A stretch of DNA of 53,441 nucleotides from Coriobacteriia bacterium (GTDB taxonomy: Bacteria; Actinomycetota; Coriobacteriia; WRKU01; WQUG01), in the NCBI GenBank assembly GCA_009785795.1, contig WQVN01000004.1, forward strand, positions 1 through 53,441, in the 5' to 3' direction. The notes below the pieces were generated by a model. The model was not told where the DNA came from and made no database searches. It was given only the letters and a program-made list of their open reading frames with translations. Shown one piece after another: positions 8,372 to 18,377 of the stretch. Both the position numbers and the translations under genes were made by a program. Positions within the stretch are counted from its first letter, which is position 1, and each line of letters begins with the position of its first letter.

Positions 8372-10189
8372 ATGACTGATACACATGGCTTAGAATATAT
8401 TCGCAATTTTTCTATTATTGCGCACATTGACCACGGAAAATCGACGCTTGCTGACCGCATACTCGAAGCAACGGGAGCAGTTGCTCAGCGTGATATGCAA
8501 GAACAGCTGCTTGACAGCATGGATATCGAACGTGAGCGCGGTATCACCATCAAGGCACAAGCGGTGCAGGTGAGCTATGAGGCTGCAGATGGCATTACCT
8601 ATCGCCTGAACCTGATTGATACTCCAGGACATGTTGACTTTACCTATGAAGTTTCACGTGCACTTGCTGCTTGTGAGGGCGTAATACTGGTTGTTGATGC
8701 CTCGCAAGGCGTTGAAGCGCAAACGGTGGCAAATGCCATGCTTGCCATGAATGCAAATCTTGAAATTATTCCCGTCATCAATAAAATCGATCTACCAGCT
8801 GCAGAACCTGAGCGAGTACGTGCAGAAATCGAAGAATCACTTGCTATTCCTGCAGAAGACGCGGTACTGACCAGTGCAAAAACAGGGGAAGGCATTACTG
8901 ACTTGCTTGAAGCAGTAGTGCAGTGCATCCCTGCACCTACCGGCACATCCAGTTCAGACGTTCCTCTCCGTGCGCTGATTTTTGATTCATGGTTTGACGA
9001 ATATCGCGGTGTAATTGCGCTTGTTCGTATTATGGATGGCGTATTGGGCACAGGAGAAAGAATCCGCTTGATGGCAAGTGGAGCAGAGGCTGATGCAGAA
9101 GAAGTAGGCATCAGAAATCCTGAGAATCGTGTACTTCCTGCCCTTGGCGCAGGCGATGTTGGCTATTTAATTACGGGATTGAAAGATCCTGCGTTGGTAA
9201 CCGTAGGTGATACGGTAACAACTGCTGCCAATCCCGCAACAGAAGCCTTGCCAGGATATCGCGAAATAAAACCCATGGTATATGCAGGACTCTATCCCGT
9301 AGATGGCGACCAGTTCACTGACTTGCGTGAAGCACTCGATAAGCTAAGACTAAATGATCCTGCGTTGGAATACTTGCCAGAGACCAGTCATGCACTGGGC
9401 TTTGGTTTTCGCGTAGGGTTTTTGGGCCTGCTGCACATGGAAGTTATTCAAGAGCGACTTGAGCGCGAGTTTGACATCGATCTGCTTGCGACTGCTCCCA
9501 GTGTGTCCTATCACGTTTACCTGACAGATGGCAGCATGCGTGCAATCCATTCACCTCAAGATGTGCCTGTTCAGAACGAGATTGATCACATCGAAGAGCC
9601 CTATCTAAAGGCAACGATATTAGTGCCGCCAGACTATGTGGGTGCAGTGATGGAGCTTGCTCACGGACGACGTGCACACTTTTTAGATCAGCAATACTTG
9701 GGTCCAAACACCGTTGAAATGCGCTATGAGATCCCGTTGGGTGAACTGATCCTGGACTTCTTTGATCAGTTAAAGTCGCGCACTAAGGGCTATGCGTCGC
9801 TTGACTACGAATTCAGCGAATACAAGACCAGCGAGCTGCAAAAGCTCGATGTGCTGCTTGCAGGCAAAGTAGTGGACGCCCTCTCATTCATTGTCCACAA
9901 AGACAAGGCTTATCAGCGCGGACTTGAGTTGACTCGCAAATTGAAGGACATCATTCCGCGCCAGCAATTTGAAGTTCCCATTCAAGCAGCGGTTGGTGGT
10001 CGCGTACTTTCACGTACCAACGTAAAGGCGATTCGCAAGGATGTACTATCGCGCTGTTACGGTGGAGACGTTACGCGTAAAAAGAAGCTGCTCGAACAAC
10101 AGAAAAAAGGCAAGAAGCGCATGAAGAGCGTTGGATCTGTTGAAGTTCCGCAAGAAGCATTCATGGCAATACTAAAGGTAGATGATTAG
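8372..10189 (+). CDS. lepA: Elongation factor 4
   Basis: [45 protein letters not shown]. Confidence 0.98.
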   Translation: MTDTHGLEYIRNFSIIAHIDHGKSTLADRILEATGAVAQRDMQEQLLDSMDIERERGITIKAQAVQVSYEAADGITYRLNLIDTPGHVDFTYEVSRALAACEGVILVVDASQGVEAQTVANAMLAMNANLEIIPVINKIDLPAAEPERVRAEIEESLAIPAEDAVLTSAKTGEGITDLLEAVVQCIPAPTGTSSSDVPLRALIFDSWFDEYRGVIALVRIMDGVLGTGERIRLMASGAEADAEEVGIRNPENRVLPALGAGDVGYLITGLKDPALVTVGDTVTTAANPATEALPGYREIKPMVYAGLYPVDGDQFTDLREALDKLRLNDPALEYLPETSHALGFGFRVGFLGLLHMEVIQERLEREFDIDLLATAPSVSYHVYLTDGSMRAIHSPQDVPVQNEIDHIEEPYLKATILVPPDYVGAVMELAHGRRAHFLDQQYLGPNTVEMRYEIPLGELILDFFDQLKSRTKGYASLDYEFSEYKTSELQKLDVLLAGKVVDALSFIVHKDKAYQRGLELTRKLKDIIPRQQFEVPIQAAVGGRVLSRTNVKAIRKDVLSRCYGGDVTRKKKLLEQQKKGKKRMKSVGSVEVPQEAFMAILKVDD

Positions 10190-11105
10190 CATGAGTACTA
10201 ATATTTTTAGAGAGAAAACACAAAGTAAGACTTTTTCGACAGTGGTTAAAGCTGCTTGCATATTGCTTATACTTGCAGGTTTTCTGCCCTTTGCAACGAT
10301 ATCCTGTGCCGGAGAAACTGTGCTGTCGGTATCGGGCTATGATCTTGCCTTTGGCGCCTATGCAGAAGAAGCTGCAGAAATGTCAGGCGGGGGCAACATG
10401 GGGTTAGGTATGGGCATGGGCGAGGGACAACTTGCTGCGCTGAACCTACTTGCAGGAGTCAATATACTGCTGATAATTGCCTTTTCAGGTACGGGTCTTT
10501 TGCTGTTTGTGTCTATTGCGTTTGGGCGCAGCAGGCTTGAATTGATGCTTAGTTTGATGGTGGCAGCGTTTTCTGTGGCAGCCTATGCTCAGTGGCTGGT
10601 GATCTTTTCTGCTTTTGCGCGCATGTTTGATCGTGCCATGGGTAGTGGAGGCGGCCCACCAATGAGCGCAGGTCCAGGCATTGGACTCTATACGGTGATG
10701 GCTTTTTGTTTGCTACTGCTGCTTGCGGCCTGCTTGGAGATGCTGGGCAAGCTTCCCTGTGATTTGGGCAAGCGCAAAAAAGCACCACAACCAGCAGCAC
10801 CACAACCTATTCAAGTTCCTGGCGGTGTCTATTATCCTGTGCCAGGATCAGTATCTGGACAATCATATCCAATCCCGACAGCGGGATATGCGCCAGGACA
10901 GGCTCCTTTACCTGTCTCGCAAGAATATGCGCCAATGCAGGTGCCAGCGACAATTCCGCAGCAGGTAGATAGCCAATTCGTTCAGGTAGTTGGCGGATCG
11001 GAATTTTCTGTAGACCCCACACCGCCTGAAGCGATTGGGCAGGTGCCAATGGTAGAAGCACCGCTGACGCCAGCATCAGAACCTACTGATGCAGAACAGA
11101 AATAG
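10182..11105 (+). CDS. Hypothetical 4-TM membrane protein with a Pro/Gln-rich C-terminal tail
   Basis: Hydrophobic segments, FLPF...SGYDL motif, low-complexity tail; overlaps the lepA stop. Confidence 0.75.
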   Translation: MISMSTNIFREKTQSKTFSTVVKAACILLILAGFLPFATISCAGETVLSVSGYDLAFGAYAEEAAEMSGGGNMGLGMGMGEGQLAALNLLAGVNILLIIAFSGTGLLLFVSIAFGRSRLELMLSLMVAAFSVAAYAQWLVIFSAFARMFDRAMGSGGGPPMSAGPGIGLYTVMAFCLLLLLAACLEMLGKLPCDLGKRKKAPQPAAPQPIQVPGGVYYPVPGSVSGQSYPIPTAGYAPGQAPLPVSQEYAPMQVPATIPQQVDSQFVQVVGGSEFSVDPTPPEAIGQVPMVEAPLTPASEPTDAEQK

Positions 11106-11119
11106 TACGAACGCTATCT

Positions 11120-12124
11120 ATGCGCTATCTAAAAGCGCTTGCAGATAATCCTATATTGCTTGCTCCTATGGCAGGAGTAGCAGATGCTCCTTTTCGCGCA
11201 ATTAATAAGCGTTTTGGTGCAGGGCTGAGCTTTAGCGAGATGGTCAGTGCAAAGGGTTTGCACTATGACAAAAATCGCAATCGATCGCACCAATTGCTAC
11301 GTCTTGCCCCAGAAGAAGTTCCTGCTGTAATTCAACTTTTTGGTTCGCAGCCAGACCTTATGGCGCAGCAAGCAATTGCAGTTGCAAATTTTTTAGAGGA
11401 CAGCATTGTTGGTATTGATATCAACATGGGTTGCCCCGTGCCAAAAGTCGTCAAAAAGGGTGATGGCAGTGCGCTGATGAAGAATCCAGATATTGCATGT
11501 GCCATTGTGGCTGCAATGCGTGCTGGACTTGATGCGGTGGGCAGAGACGACCTTGCGGTAACAGCAAAAATTCGCAAAGGTTGGTCAAATGAACAGGTAA
11601 ATGCGGTTGAATTCGCAAAAGGACTTGAAGCTGCAGGTGCGACTGCAGTGACGGTACACGGGCGTACTACGGATCAGTTTTATCGAGGAGAGTCTGACCG
11701 CAACATTATTGCAGCAGTTAAGCAGGCATTGGATATTCCCGTGATTGCATCGGGCGATGCTTTTAGTGCCGAAGCATGCTTTGACATTATGCAAGAAACG
11801 AGTGCTGATGCCATCATGGTGGCACGTGGTGCTTATGGAAACCCCTGGCTGTTTGAACGCACTGCTGCTATTTTGGCAGGGAAGACTGGACTCGATTTGC
11901 CATTAGAGCCGGATCTACATGAACGTCTGACATTATTGCGAGAACATGCCCAAATGACACAGGACTGGTATGGAGAGCCATATATTACTCGGATGCGTAA
12001 ACATGCTGCATGGTATGTTGCAGGGCAACCTGCGGCTACGATATTTCGCAGCAGACTTCATTCGATTAGCACGATGGATGATCTAGATATACTGATTGCG
12101 GAGTACCTTGAGCGTCATGGCTAA
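11120..12124 (+). CDS. dusB: tRNA-dihydrouridine synthase
   Basis: LAPMAGVAD, IDINMGCPVPKV, VTVHGRT, MRKHAAWY. Confidence 0.93.
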   Translation: MRYLKALADNPILLAPMAGVADAPFRAINKRFGAGLSFSEMVSAKGLHYDKNRNRSHQLLRLAPEEVPAVIQLFGSQPDLMAQQAIAVANFLEDSIVGIDINMGCPVPKVVKKGDGSALMKNPDIACAIVAAMRAGLDAVGRDDLAVTAKIRKGWSNEQVNAVEFAKGLEAAGATAVTVHGRTTDQFYRGESDRNIIAAVKQALDIPVIASGDAFSAEACFDIMQETSADAIMVARGAYGNPWLFERTAAILAGKTGLDLPLEPDLHERLTLLREHAQMTQDWYGEPYITRMRKHAAWYVAGQPAATIFRSRLHSISTMDDLDILIAEYLERHG

Positions 12125-13328
12125 GGCCACACAGAGAGATTTGGCACTGTACATTCACGTACCATTTTGTCAGTCCAGGTGCAGCTACTGCGACTTTTAT
12201 TCGACCAGCGGCCATGAGTGTGCAGACCAGATGATGGATGCCTATTGCGACGTTTTATGTGCACAGATTGTGCAGTGGGGAAGTGGCGATTTTATTCGGG
12301 TTGGCGATGATGATGCCAATTGCACTTTCAGCGACATGCCTGTTAATGCTCCTGTTACCTCTATCTACATTGGTGGCGGCACACCGACATTATTGGGAGC
12401 TCGACTCTGTGCGCTACTTGATGCAATAACTCAGAACTTTACACTTGCTGATGACTGCGAGATTACGGTTGAGGCAAATCCTGAGAGCTTTGACGCGCAA
12501 TTGGCAACACAGCTTGCGACAGCAGGAATGACACGTATTTCACTGGGGATACAAAGTCTTGATGATGATATTTTATGCTTGCTGGGACGTGTTCACAGTG
12601 CAAAGGATGCTATGTGCGCACTGCGTGCAGCAGCAGGTGCAGGTCTGCGCGTATCAGCAGACTTCATATTTGGTTTACCGCGTGCTGATGGCGGCGACGA
12701 TAGCATTGAAACTGTTCTTGCGGGCATACAAGCGGTGTTGCCCTATGTTGGGCATGTTTCTGTCTATCCGCTAACTGTAGAGGACGGGACGGCTCTGAGT
12801 CAGCAAGTAGGTGCGGGTACGATATATTTGCCAGGCCAAGACATAGCGGCAGATGAACTTGTGCGTATAGAAGATTATTTGCGTGCGCAGGGTTTTACTC
12901 GCTATGAAATATCAAGCTATGCAGTTCCTGGTCAGGAAAGTCGCCAAAACATGCGCTATTGGACATGTGCAGCCATGCGTGGGGACTATCTAGGCCTTGG
13001 TCCGAGTGCCGCGTCGATGATTAACCATGAGGATGGTAGTCGCAGTCGCTTTGTTTTGCATGACAGTATTGAGAGTTATTTGCAAGGCACAGATAGAGTT
13101 TTTGTAGATGTGGAAAAGGCTGATTCGTCCGATGCGCGTCGCGAGGATATCATGCTTGCTTTACGCACCAGGAGGGGAGCAACAATTTCTGCTGCGAAAA
13201 TGGCTGGCGTACAGGAAATCTGTGAGAGCTTGTCTAGACAGAATTTGCTGCGTTGCAATGACACGCATTATCGCTGCACTTCGAAAGGCTGGCTACTGGG
13301 AAATGAGGTATTTTCCCAGATTTTATGA
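12117..13328 (+). CDS. hemW: Radical SAM heme chaperone HemW (HemN-like)
   Basis: LYIHVPFCQSRCSYCDF, YIGGGTPT, ITVEANP, YEISSYA; lies near lepA. Confidence 0.88.
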   Translation: MAKATQRDLALYIHVPFCQSRCSYCDFYSTSGHECADQMMDAYCDVLCAQIVQWGSGDFIRVGDDDANCTFSDMPVNAPVTSIYIGGGTPTLLGARLCALLDAITQNFTLADDCEITVEANPESFDAQLATQLATAGMTRISLGIQSLDDDILCLLGRVHSAKDAMCALRAAAGAGLRVSADFIFGLPRADGGDDSIETVLAGIQAVLPYVGHVSVYPLTVEDGTALSQQVGAGTIYLPGQDIAADELVRIEDYLRAQGFTRYEISSYAVPGQESRQNMRYWTCAAMRGDYLGLGPSAASMINHEDGSRSRFVLHDSIESYLQGTDRVFVDVEKADSSDARREDIMLALRTRRGATISAAKMAGVQEICESLSRQNLLRCNDTHYRCTSKGWLLGNEVFSQIL

Positions 13329-13529
13329 CAGACTTTATTCGGCAACGATAGATTTTAAAGAGACGCATTTCAATGACTCCCACTGGAGAATTGTTGGCGA
13401 GCATGTTATACTAAATATGGCACAAATGCCATGATTGTAAACAAAACATAATACCACTGTTTGCACTTGTCTGAAACAGTGGGCTTTATAGTGTTACAAG
13501 CACTTTGAGAAGGTCAAGAAACCGCTGAG

Positions 13530-16500
13530 GTGAATATGAAAACAAAATTTTCCAAAGTAAGATCGCTTTTAGGAAGATCTGAACTAATACTTATCTTTGC
13601 GGCAGCTCTTTTGATGGGGCTACCGCTGTTTGCTGCAGCCACTTCACCACAAATACAGTCCGAATTGCAGGCTGTTGCGCGTGAATTGCAGCTATCAGAT
13701 CAGCCCTATGGCGGCTCTGAAGAAACTGATTTGGCTAATGAAGGCTCTGATGGAGCACAGGGTGAAGAAGTTTCTGCAGATAGTGATACTTCCACGACTA
13801 TAAATGATCAGCCTGCGCAGGAAACTCAAGATTCTGCGGGTGACCCTGCTGCTGACAGTGGGGATACAGGTGCTGATGAGACAAATACTGTATCATCAGA
13901 CGACACAGTTGAAGCTGGCGGATATATTGGCATAGAGCCCTTCGCGGTAGGTGCAACTGATTTTGTAGGAAATTTCACTGACTTGCAGTCCGCAATGACG
14001 ACTGGGTCTACAACTCGCGTCATTGCGATTATGAATAATATTACCCTTACATCTCCCATCACTGTTCCTGCTGGGCGTGATATTACTTTAGTCACCAACG
14101 GCACGACAAACCTTCAGACAGGTGTGCATCCTACCAATGCTCGCTTTACTCTGTTTGCTCCTCCTGGACAGGCCATTTCGTCTCCAACCCCTGCGAATAC
14201 AACGGTTGCTGCGCGGTCTGACATTAACGCTAATCGCCATATTTACATTTCAGGAAATTCCACGTTAAATCTCGTAAATATTGTTATTGATGGTGGCAAC
14301 ATTCCTGCTGCCTCTGCTACACCTTACGGGGGTGGAATCCAGGCTACGGCAAATGCTACGGTGAATATGCGAGGCCGTTCTATAATCCAGAACAATCAGC
14401 AAATATTTGGTGGTGGGCTACTCATGGCAAGTGGCACGTTTTCCATGACGCATAATGCAGAAATTGTCAACAATAGAGTGGTCAGTAACTTCAATAGCGG
14501 CACTCCTGGATTTGCACTGACTCCAGGTACGCCACCTGCAGGACAGCAAATGCCACGCTGGATCACACTGGATTCACCTGCGGGTACTGCTGGCAGAAAT
14601 ACTGTGCTTGGTGGTGGCATACTGCTGATGAGCAGTGCTGCCAGCATGGCTGATACAGCACAAATTAGAAGCAATGAGACACGTCTTACCTTTGTCAATA
14701 CACATTCGACCTTTGCATACCCCACTGATCCGGGCCCAGGCTCTGGACAAAACCCTGCTGCGCTTCCAGGAGCTCCCGTCGCCTTTACTTTGGCTGACAG
14801 CGGTAATGGTGGTGGTGTGTATATGGACGGTGGCACCTTTGACATGACAGGGAATGCTGGAATTGCGTCAAACGGAGCCCATGGCACCTTTAGTACGGAT
14901 GTCAACGGAATGGCAGCCAATTTCACGCGCAATAGTGCTGGTGGCGGAGTCTTCATACGTGGTGGTGGCTTATTTTCCACATCAGATCCTGGTCCTAATC
15001 ATGTGCACATTAATGCTAATATTACTCGCAGCACATCAACTGCAGTACCACCCTCACCACCGCTGCTGCCTGATATGTGGAATCCGGTAGATCGTGCAGA
15101 TAATATTGCACGCAGAAGAGTTTCGACTCCCATAATGGTTGGCAATGGTGCAGGTGTTCACATGACAGGGGCTGGCACCGCTTTGACCATGTCAGACGGT
15201 ACCAGACTTTCTCGAAATGTTGCACAAGTTCACGGTGGCGCAAGTCATGGTGGTGCAGGCGTATATCTTGATGCAGGGGCAGTGCTCAACATGGAGGACA
15301 CTGCTACCATTGGTGGTCCTAACCTGACGTATGCAAATCACTTCTTTGACGCTGCTGGTTCTGGAGCAGGCGTGATGGTGCAGTCAATTGCGCCGCCTGG
15401 CTCTCAGGTCAATATGTCTGATTCTGCAAACCTGTCCTTTAATCGCAATAACAACAGTGGTTCTGGCGGTGGCATCCTTGTGGCTGGTGCTTCGACGGTG
15501 GTTACGATAGAAGAAGATGCCTTTGTTTCTAACAATCGTGGCGGTAATTCTGGCGGTGGCATTCAGCAAAATGCTGGACTGGTGCTGGTACGCGATGATG
15601 CGATGATTGAGGGCAATAGAGTTAATCCTGCAGGAGCAGGCGGCGGCGGTGTGCAGGTAAGCGGTGGTACTTTTGACATGGGGGATAACAGTGTAATTCG
15701 CAACCACTATAGAAATACTGCCGATTCTAATAGCAATGGCATTCCCATACCTGTTCAAAATGGTGGTGGAATGCGCATTACTACTGGTGGTATAGCTCAT
15801 GTGCGCAATAATGCACAAATCTACAATAACGTGGCGAATACCAATGGTGGTGGAGTATTGATGGATGGTGCTGCAAGCCAGCTCCACATGCACAATGCTG
15901 CTGCAATCAGAAACAATAGAACTAATGGAGTCGGTGCAGCCAATCTAAGTGGTGGCGGCGGCGTGTATATAACGAATGGAACATTCCACTTCAATTCTGG
16001 CATGATAGGTCGCAATACGGTAGGTACGAATTCTGTGCAAAATCCAACAGTTGCTGTCCATCCCAACACGGGTGGAGGTGGCATTTTTTTGGCAAATGGC
16101 ACCGTTCACATGGGAGGGACTGCACAGGTTGTCGAAAATTCATTAGGACGAGCCATAGGAGCAGCGGCACATCCAGGAACTGTTGGTGCAGGTACAGGTG
16201 GTGGTGGCGTACGTCAATCAGGTGGAACCTTTAACATGAATGGTGGATATATCTTCAATCATGGCAGAGCGCCTTATACTGTTCTTTATGGCGGTGGTGT
16301 CTTTATGACGGGCGGTCTCTTCAATATGGGCATGAATGCTCCAGGAGGAAGTGAAATCCATACAAATTTCGCTGTTCGCGATGGTGGCGGCATGTTCATT
16401 GGCACTAGCGCAAGTGTGCCGCCTGCAACAGCGATGCGACTGCAGGCACAAAACGCAACCTTTGATAACAATCATGCTGGCAGAGATGGCGGTGCAATTT

Positions 16501-16880
16501 TTACGGCAAATTACTTGTACTTAAGCCCACTTCCGCTCGATGGTGAATATACGAATATGAACTTGAACGGCATGACTTTTACGAGGAATTCAGCAGATAC
16601 TCCAGAACATCCACCACTTAACGCACATTCGCTGACAAACATTGCGGCAACTGCATCGGTGACCATCTTTGCTCATCCGCTAAATAATTATGACATTAAC
16701 TTCATCTTTAACGAGGTGCCTTCGACAGGATTGACAGTTGGCAATACAACTGCGATTTCGGCGATTGCTATTGCAGTTCTTGCAGGAGGAGTCTTTGTAG
16801 CGATTAATTATGTGAATCGCAAAGGCAGAAATGTGAGGCGCGACATAGTGATTGCACAGCAGAATGGAGACATCAGATGA
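13530..16880 (+). CDS. Large cell-wall-anchored Gly-rich beta-helix adhesin (putative pilus tip protein)
   Basis: Signal peptide, acidic linker, many GG[GA][VI]x[MLI] repeats with Asn ladders, C-terminal EVPSTG + TM + RKGRNVRR. Confidence 0.75.
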   Translation: MNMKTKFSKVRSLLGRSELILIFAAALLMGLPLFAAATSPQIQSELQAVARELQLSDQPYGGSEETDLANEGSDGAQGEEVSADSDTSTTINDQPAQETQDSAGDPAADSGDTGADETNTVSSDDTVEAGGYIGIEPFAVGATDFVGNFTDLQSAMTTGSTTRVIAIMNNITLTSPITVPAGRDITLVTNGTTNLQTGVHPTNARFTLFAPPGQAISSPTPANTTVAARSDINANRHIYISGNSTLNLVNIVIDGGNIPAASATPYGGGIQATANATVNMRGRSIIQNNQQIFGGGLLMASGTFSMTHNAEIVNNRVVSNFNSGTPGFALTPGTPPAGQQMPRWITLDSPAGTAGRNTVLGGGILLMSSAASMADTAQIRSNETRLTFVNTHSTFAYPTDPGPGSGQNPAALPGAPVAFTLADSGNGGGVYMDGGTFDMTGNAGIASNGAHGTFSTDVNGMAANFTRNSAGGGVFIRGGGLFSTSDPGPNHVHINANITRSTSTAVPPSPPLLPDMWNPVDRADNIARRRVSTPIMVGNGAGVHMTGAGTALTMSDGTRLSRNVAQVHGGASHGGAGVYLDAGAVLNMEDTATIGGPNLTYANHFFDAAGSGAGVMVQSIAPPGSQVNMSDSANLSFNRNNNSGSGGGILVAGASTVVTIEEDAFVSNNRGGNSGGGIQQNAGLVLVRDDAMIEGNRVNPAGAGGGGVQVSGGTFDMGDNSVIRNHYRNTADSNSNGIPIPVQNGGGMRITTGGIAHVRNNAQIYNNVANTNGGGVLMDGAASQLHMHNAAAIRNNRTNGVGAANLSGGGGVYITNGTFHFNSGMIGRNTVGTNSVQNPTVAVHPNTGGGGIFLANGTVHMGGTAQVVENSLGRAIGAAAHPGTVGAGTGGGGVRQSGGTFNMNGGYIFNHGRAPYTVLYGGGVFMTGGLFNMGMNAPGGSEIHTNFAVRDGGGMFIGTSASVPPATAMRLQAQNATFDNNHAGRDGGAIFTANYLYLSPLPLDGEYTNMNLNGMTFTRNSADTPEHPPLNAHSLTNIAATASVTIFAHPLNNYDINFIFNEVPSTGLTVGNTTAISAIAIAVLAGGVFVAINYVNRKGRNVRRDIVIAQQNGDIR

Positions 16881-18145
16881 CCAATAGGATAAACAGTGCA
16901 CATATCGCTCCTCGGTGGAGCACCAGTGGCAGAAGATTTGTGTTGTTGCTTATCGTGGCCTGTGTAATGGTGTTGCCAGCAATTGCAGCAGCAACTCCTA
17001 CGCCTCCTAATCCTCCTCTTGCTCCTGCGATTACCAAAGTCTTGCGAATGCCAGAGAGAACAATTACTCCTACGACAAACTTTGAATTCAGCATTGCTCC
17101 TCACAGCTTCAATGGTGGTTCAATACCACCTGCTCCCTTTGTGATGCCGCAACTTAACAATCAGCCAATACCTTTTAGTCCTGCAGATACGGGAACAACT
17201 GCTGGCGGTGTAACGACAGTCTCAAAGGCTGGTGCAAATCTGTTTACAGGAGTCACCTTCCCACAAATCGGAACGTACACATATCGGATTACAGAGCGCA
17301 ATGACACCTTTACCAATACTTTTGCTCAGATAATGGAATTCGATACGACCACTTGGCAGATAACCATACAGGTGCTAGGCCAACAAGATCCTACAGATGA
17401 TCTTTTTGTATCCTCGGTAATTGTCCAACGAGTTCTGCCTAATGGAGATCTTGACAGTGACAAGAGTGGCCCTATTACCTTTGACAATCGTTTTACGCGA
17501 AGAGTCAACGATACCAATCCTACTGACCCAGATCAGGCGGGACTATTAATCTCAAAAGCAGTACAAGGTTCGTTTGGAGACACGACACACTTCTTTGATT
17601 TTTCCGTCAGTGTGACTGCTCCCCAAATCGCAATTGATTTGACTACGGGACCAATCACTTATAGGGCATTTGTCGTAGAGAATGGTGCTGTTGTTACAAG
17701 TACAGATAACGGGGCGCCCTTGGCTGGGCCTGCGGGCGGAGATCGCTATTTCGTCTTTACGCCAGGCATTGCAAGAACTATTCACTTGCGTCATGGTCAA
17801 ACTCTTGTATTTGTTGATACTCATATAGGTGCTCGCTATAACGTGTCAGAAATAAACGTTCCAATTGCATATGCGCCATCAGCGGTGGTTACGGCAGATG
17901 GGCAGTCTGCAACTGGCTCACCTTTCACTGCTAATCTTGGTCAAGACCTTGTGATTCCACAACAGGTCTTGGGTGAGGCACGAAATTCTGCAGCATTTGT
18001 AAACGCTCACAATTTCATAGAGCCAACAGGACTTACGGTAGGTGCTCTTGGTTCAGCTGTGCTATTTGTTGGACTGATAGCCGTAACAATAGTGGCAGGC
18101 ATGATTTATTCTAAGCGCAGAAGGGCAGCACTTAAAGCCTTGTAG
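16877..18145 (+). CDS. Spy0128/FctA-like pilin (two isopeptide CnaB-type domains)
   Basis: Signal peptide; ITKVL...FPQIGTYTYRITE...FDN; LLISKAVQG..GD...YNVSE...FVN; IEPTG + TM + KRRR; ATGA overlap with the upstream gene. Confidence 0.78.
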   Translation: MTNRINSAHIAPRWSTSGRRFVLLLIVACVMVLPAIAAATPTPPNPPLAPAITKVLRMPERTITPTTNFEFSIAPHSFNGGSIPPAPFVMPQLNNQPIPFSPADTGTTAGGVTTVSKAGANLFTGVTFPQIGTYTYRITERNDTFTNTFAQIMEFDTTTWQITIQVLGQQDPTDDLFVSSVIVQRVLPNGDLDSDKSGPITFDNRFTRRVNDTNPTDPDQAGLLISKAVQGSFGDTTHFFDFSVSVTAPQIAIDLTTGPITYRAFVVENGAVVTSTDNGAPLAGPAGGDRYFVFTPGIARTIHLRHGQTLVFVDTHIGARYNVSEINVPIAYAPSAVVTADGQSATGSPFTANLGQDLVIPQQVLGEARNSAAFVNAHNFIEPTGLTVGALGSAVLFVGLIAVTIVAGMIYSKRRRAALKAL

Positions 18146-18377
18146 GCGCAATGCTTACGCATTGCCAATTCATTTCTGCCAGAGCATGTGAGACGTTCAA
18201 GGTCAAGGAGGTTTGAAAATTTCTTTGCAAAGCGTAGATAGCTACGTGTGTGAAGAAATTTGAATACCGACGCAGAGATTGAACGTCTCACATGCTCTGG
18301 TAACGGATTGGTGACTTTGGTGGCATCTTGGTTACAGTCGCCACAAAAGGCTTCTACCTGCATCTATTCTAGGCTGT

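Noticed and set aside
13415-13529. Possible riboswitch (e.g. c-di-GMP) in the adhesin leader; hairpin CCACTGTTT/AAACAGTGG at 13454-13482
   Set aside because: Only one 9-bp stem is visible and no riboswitch consensus is recognisable.
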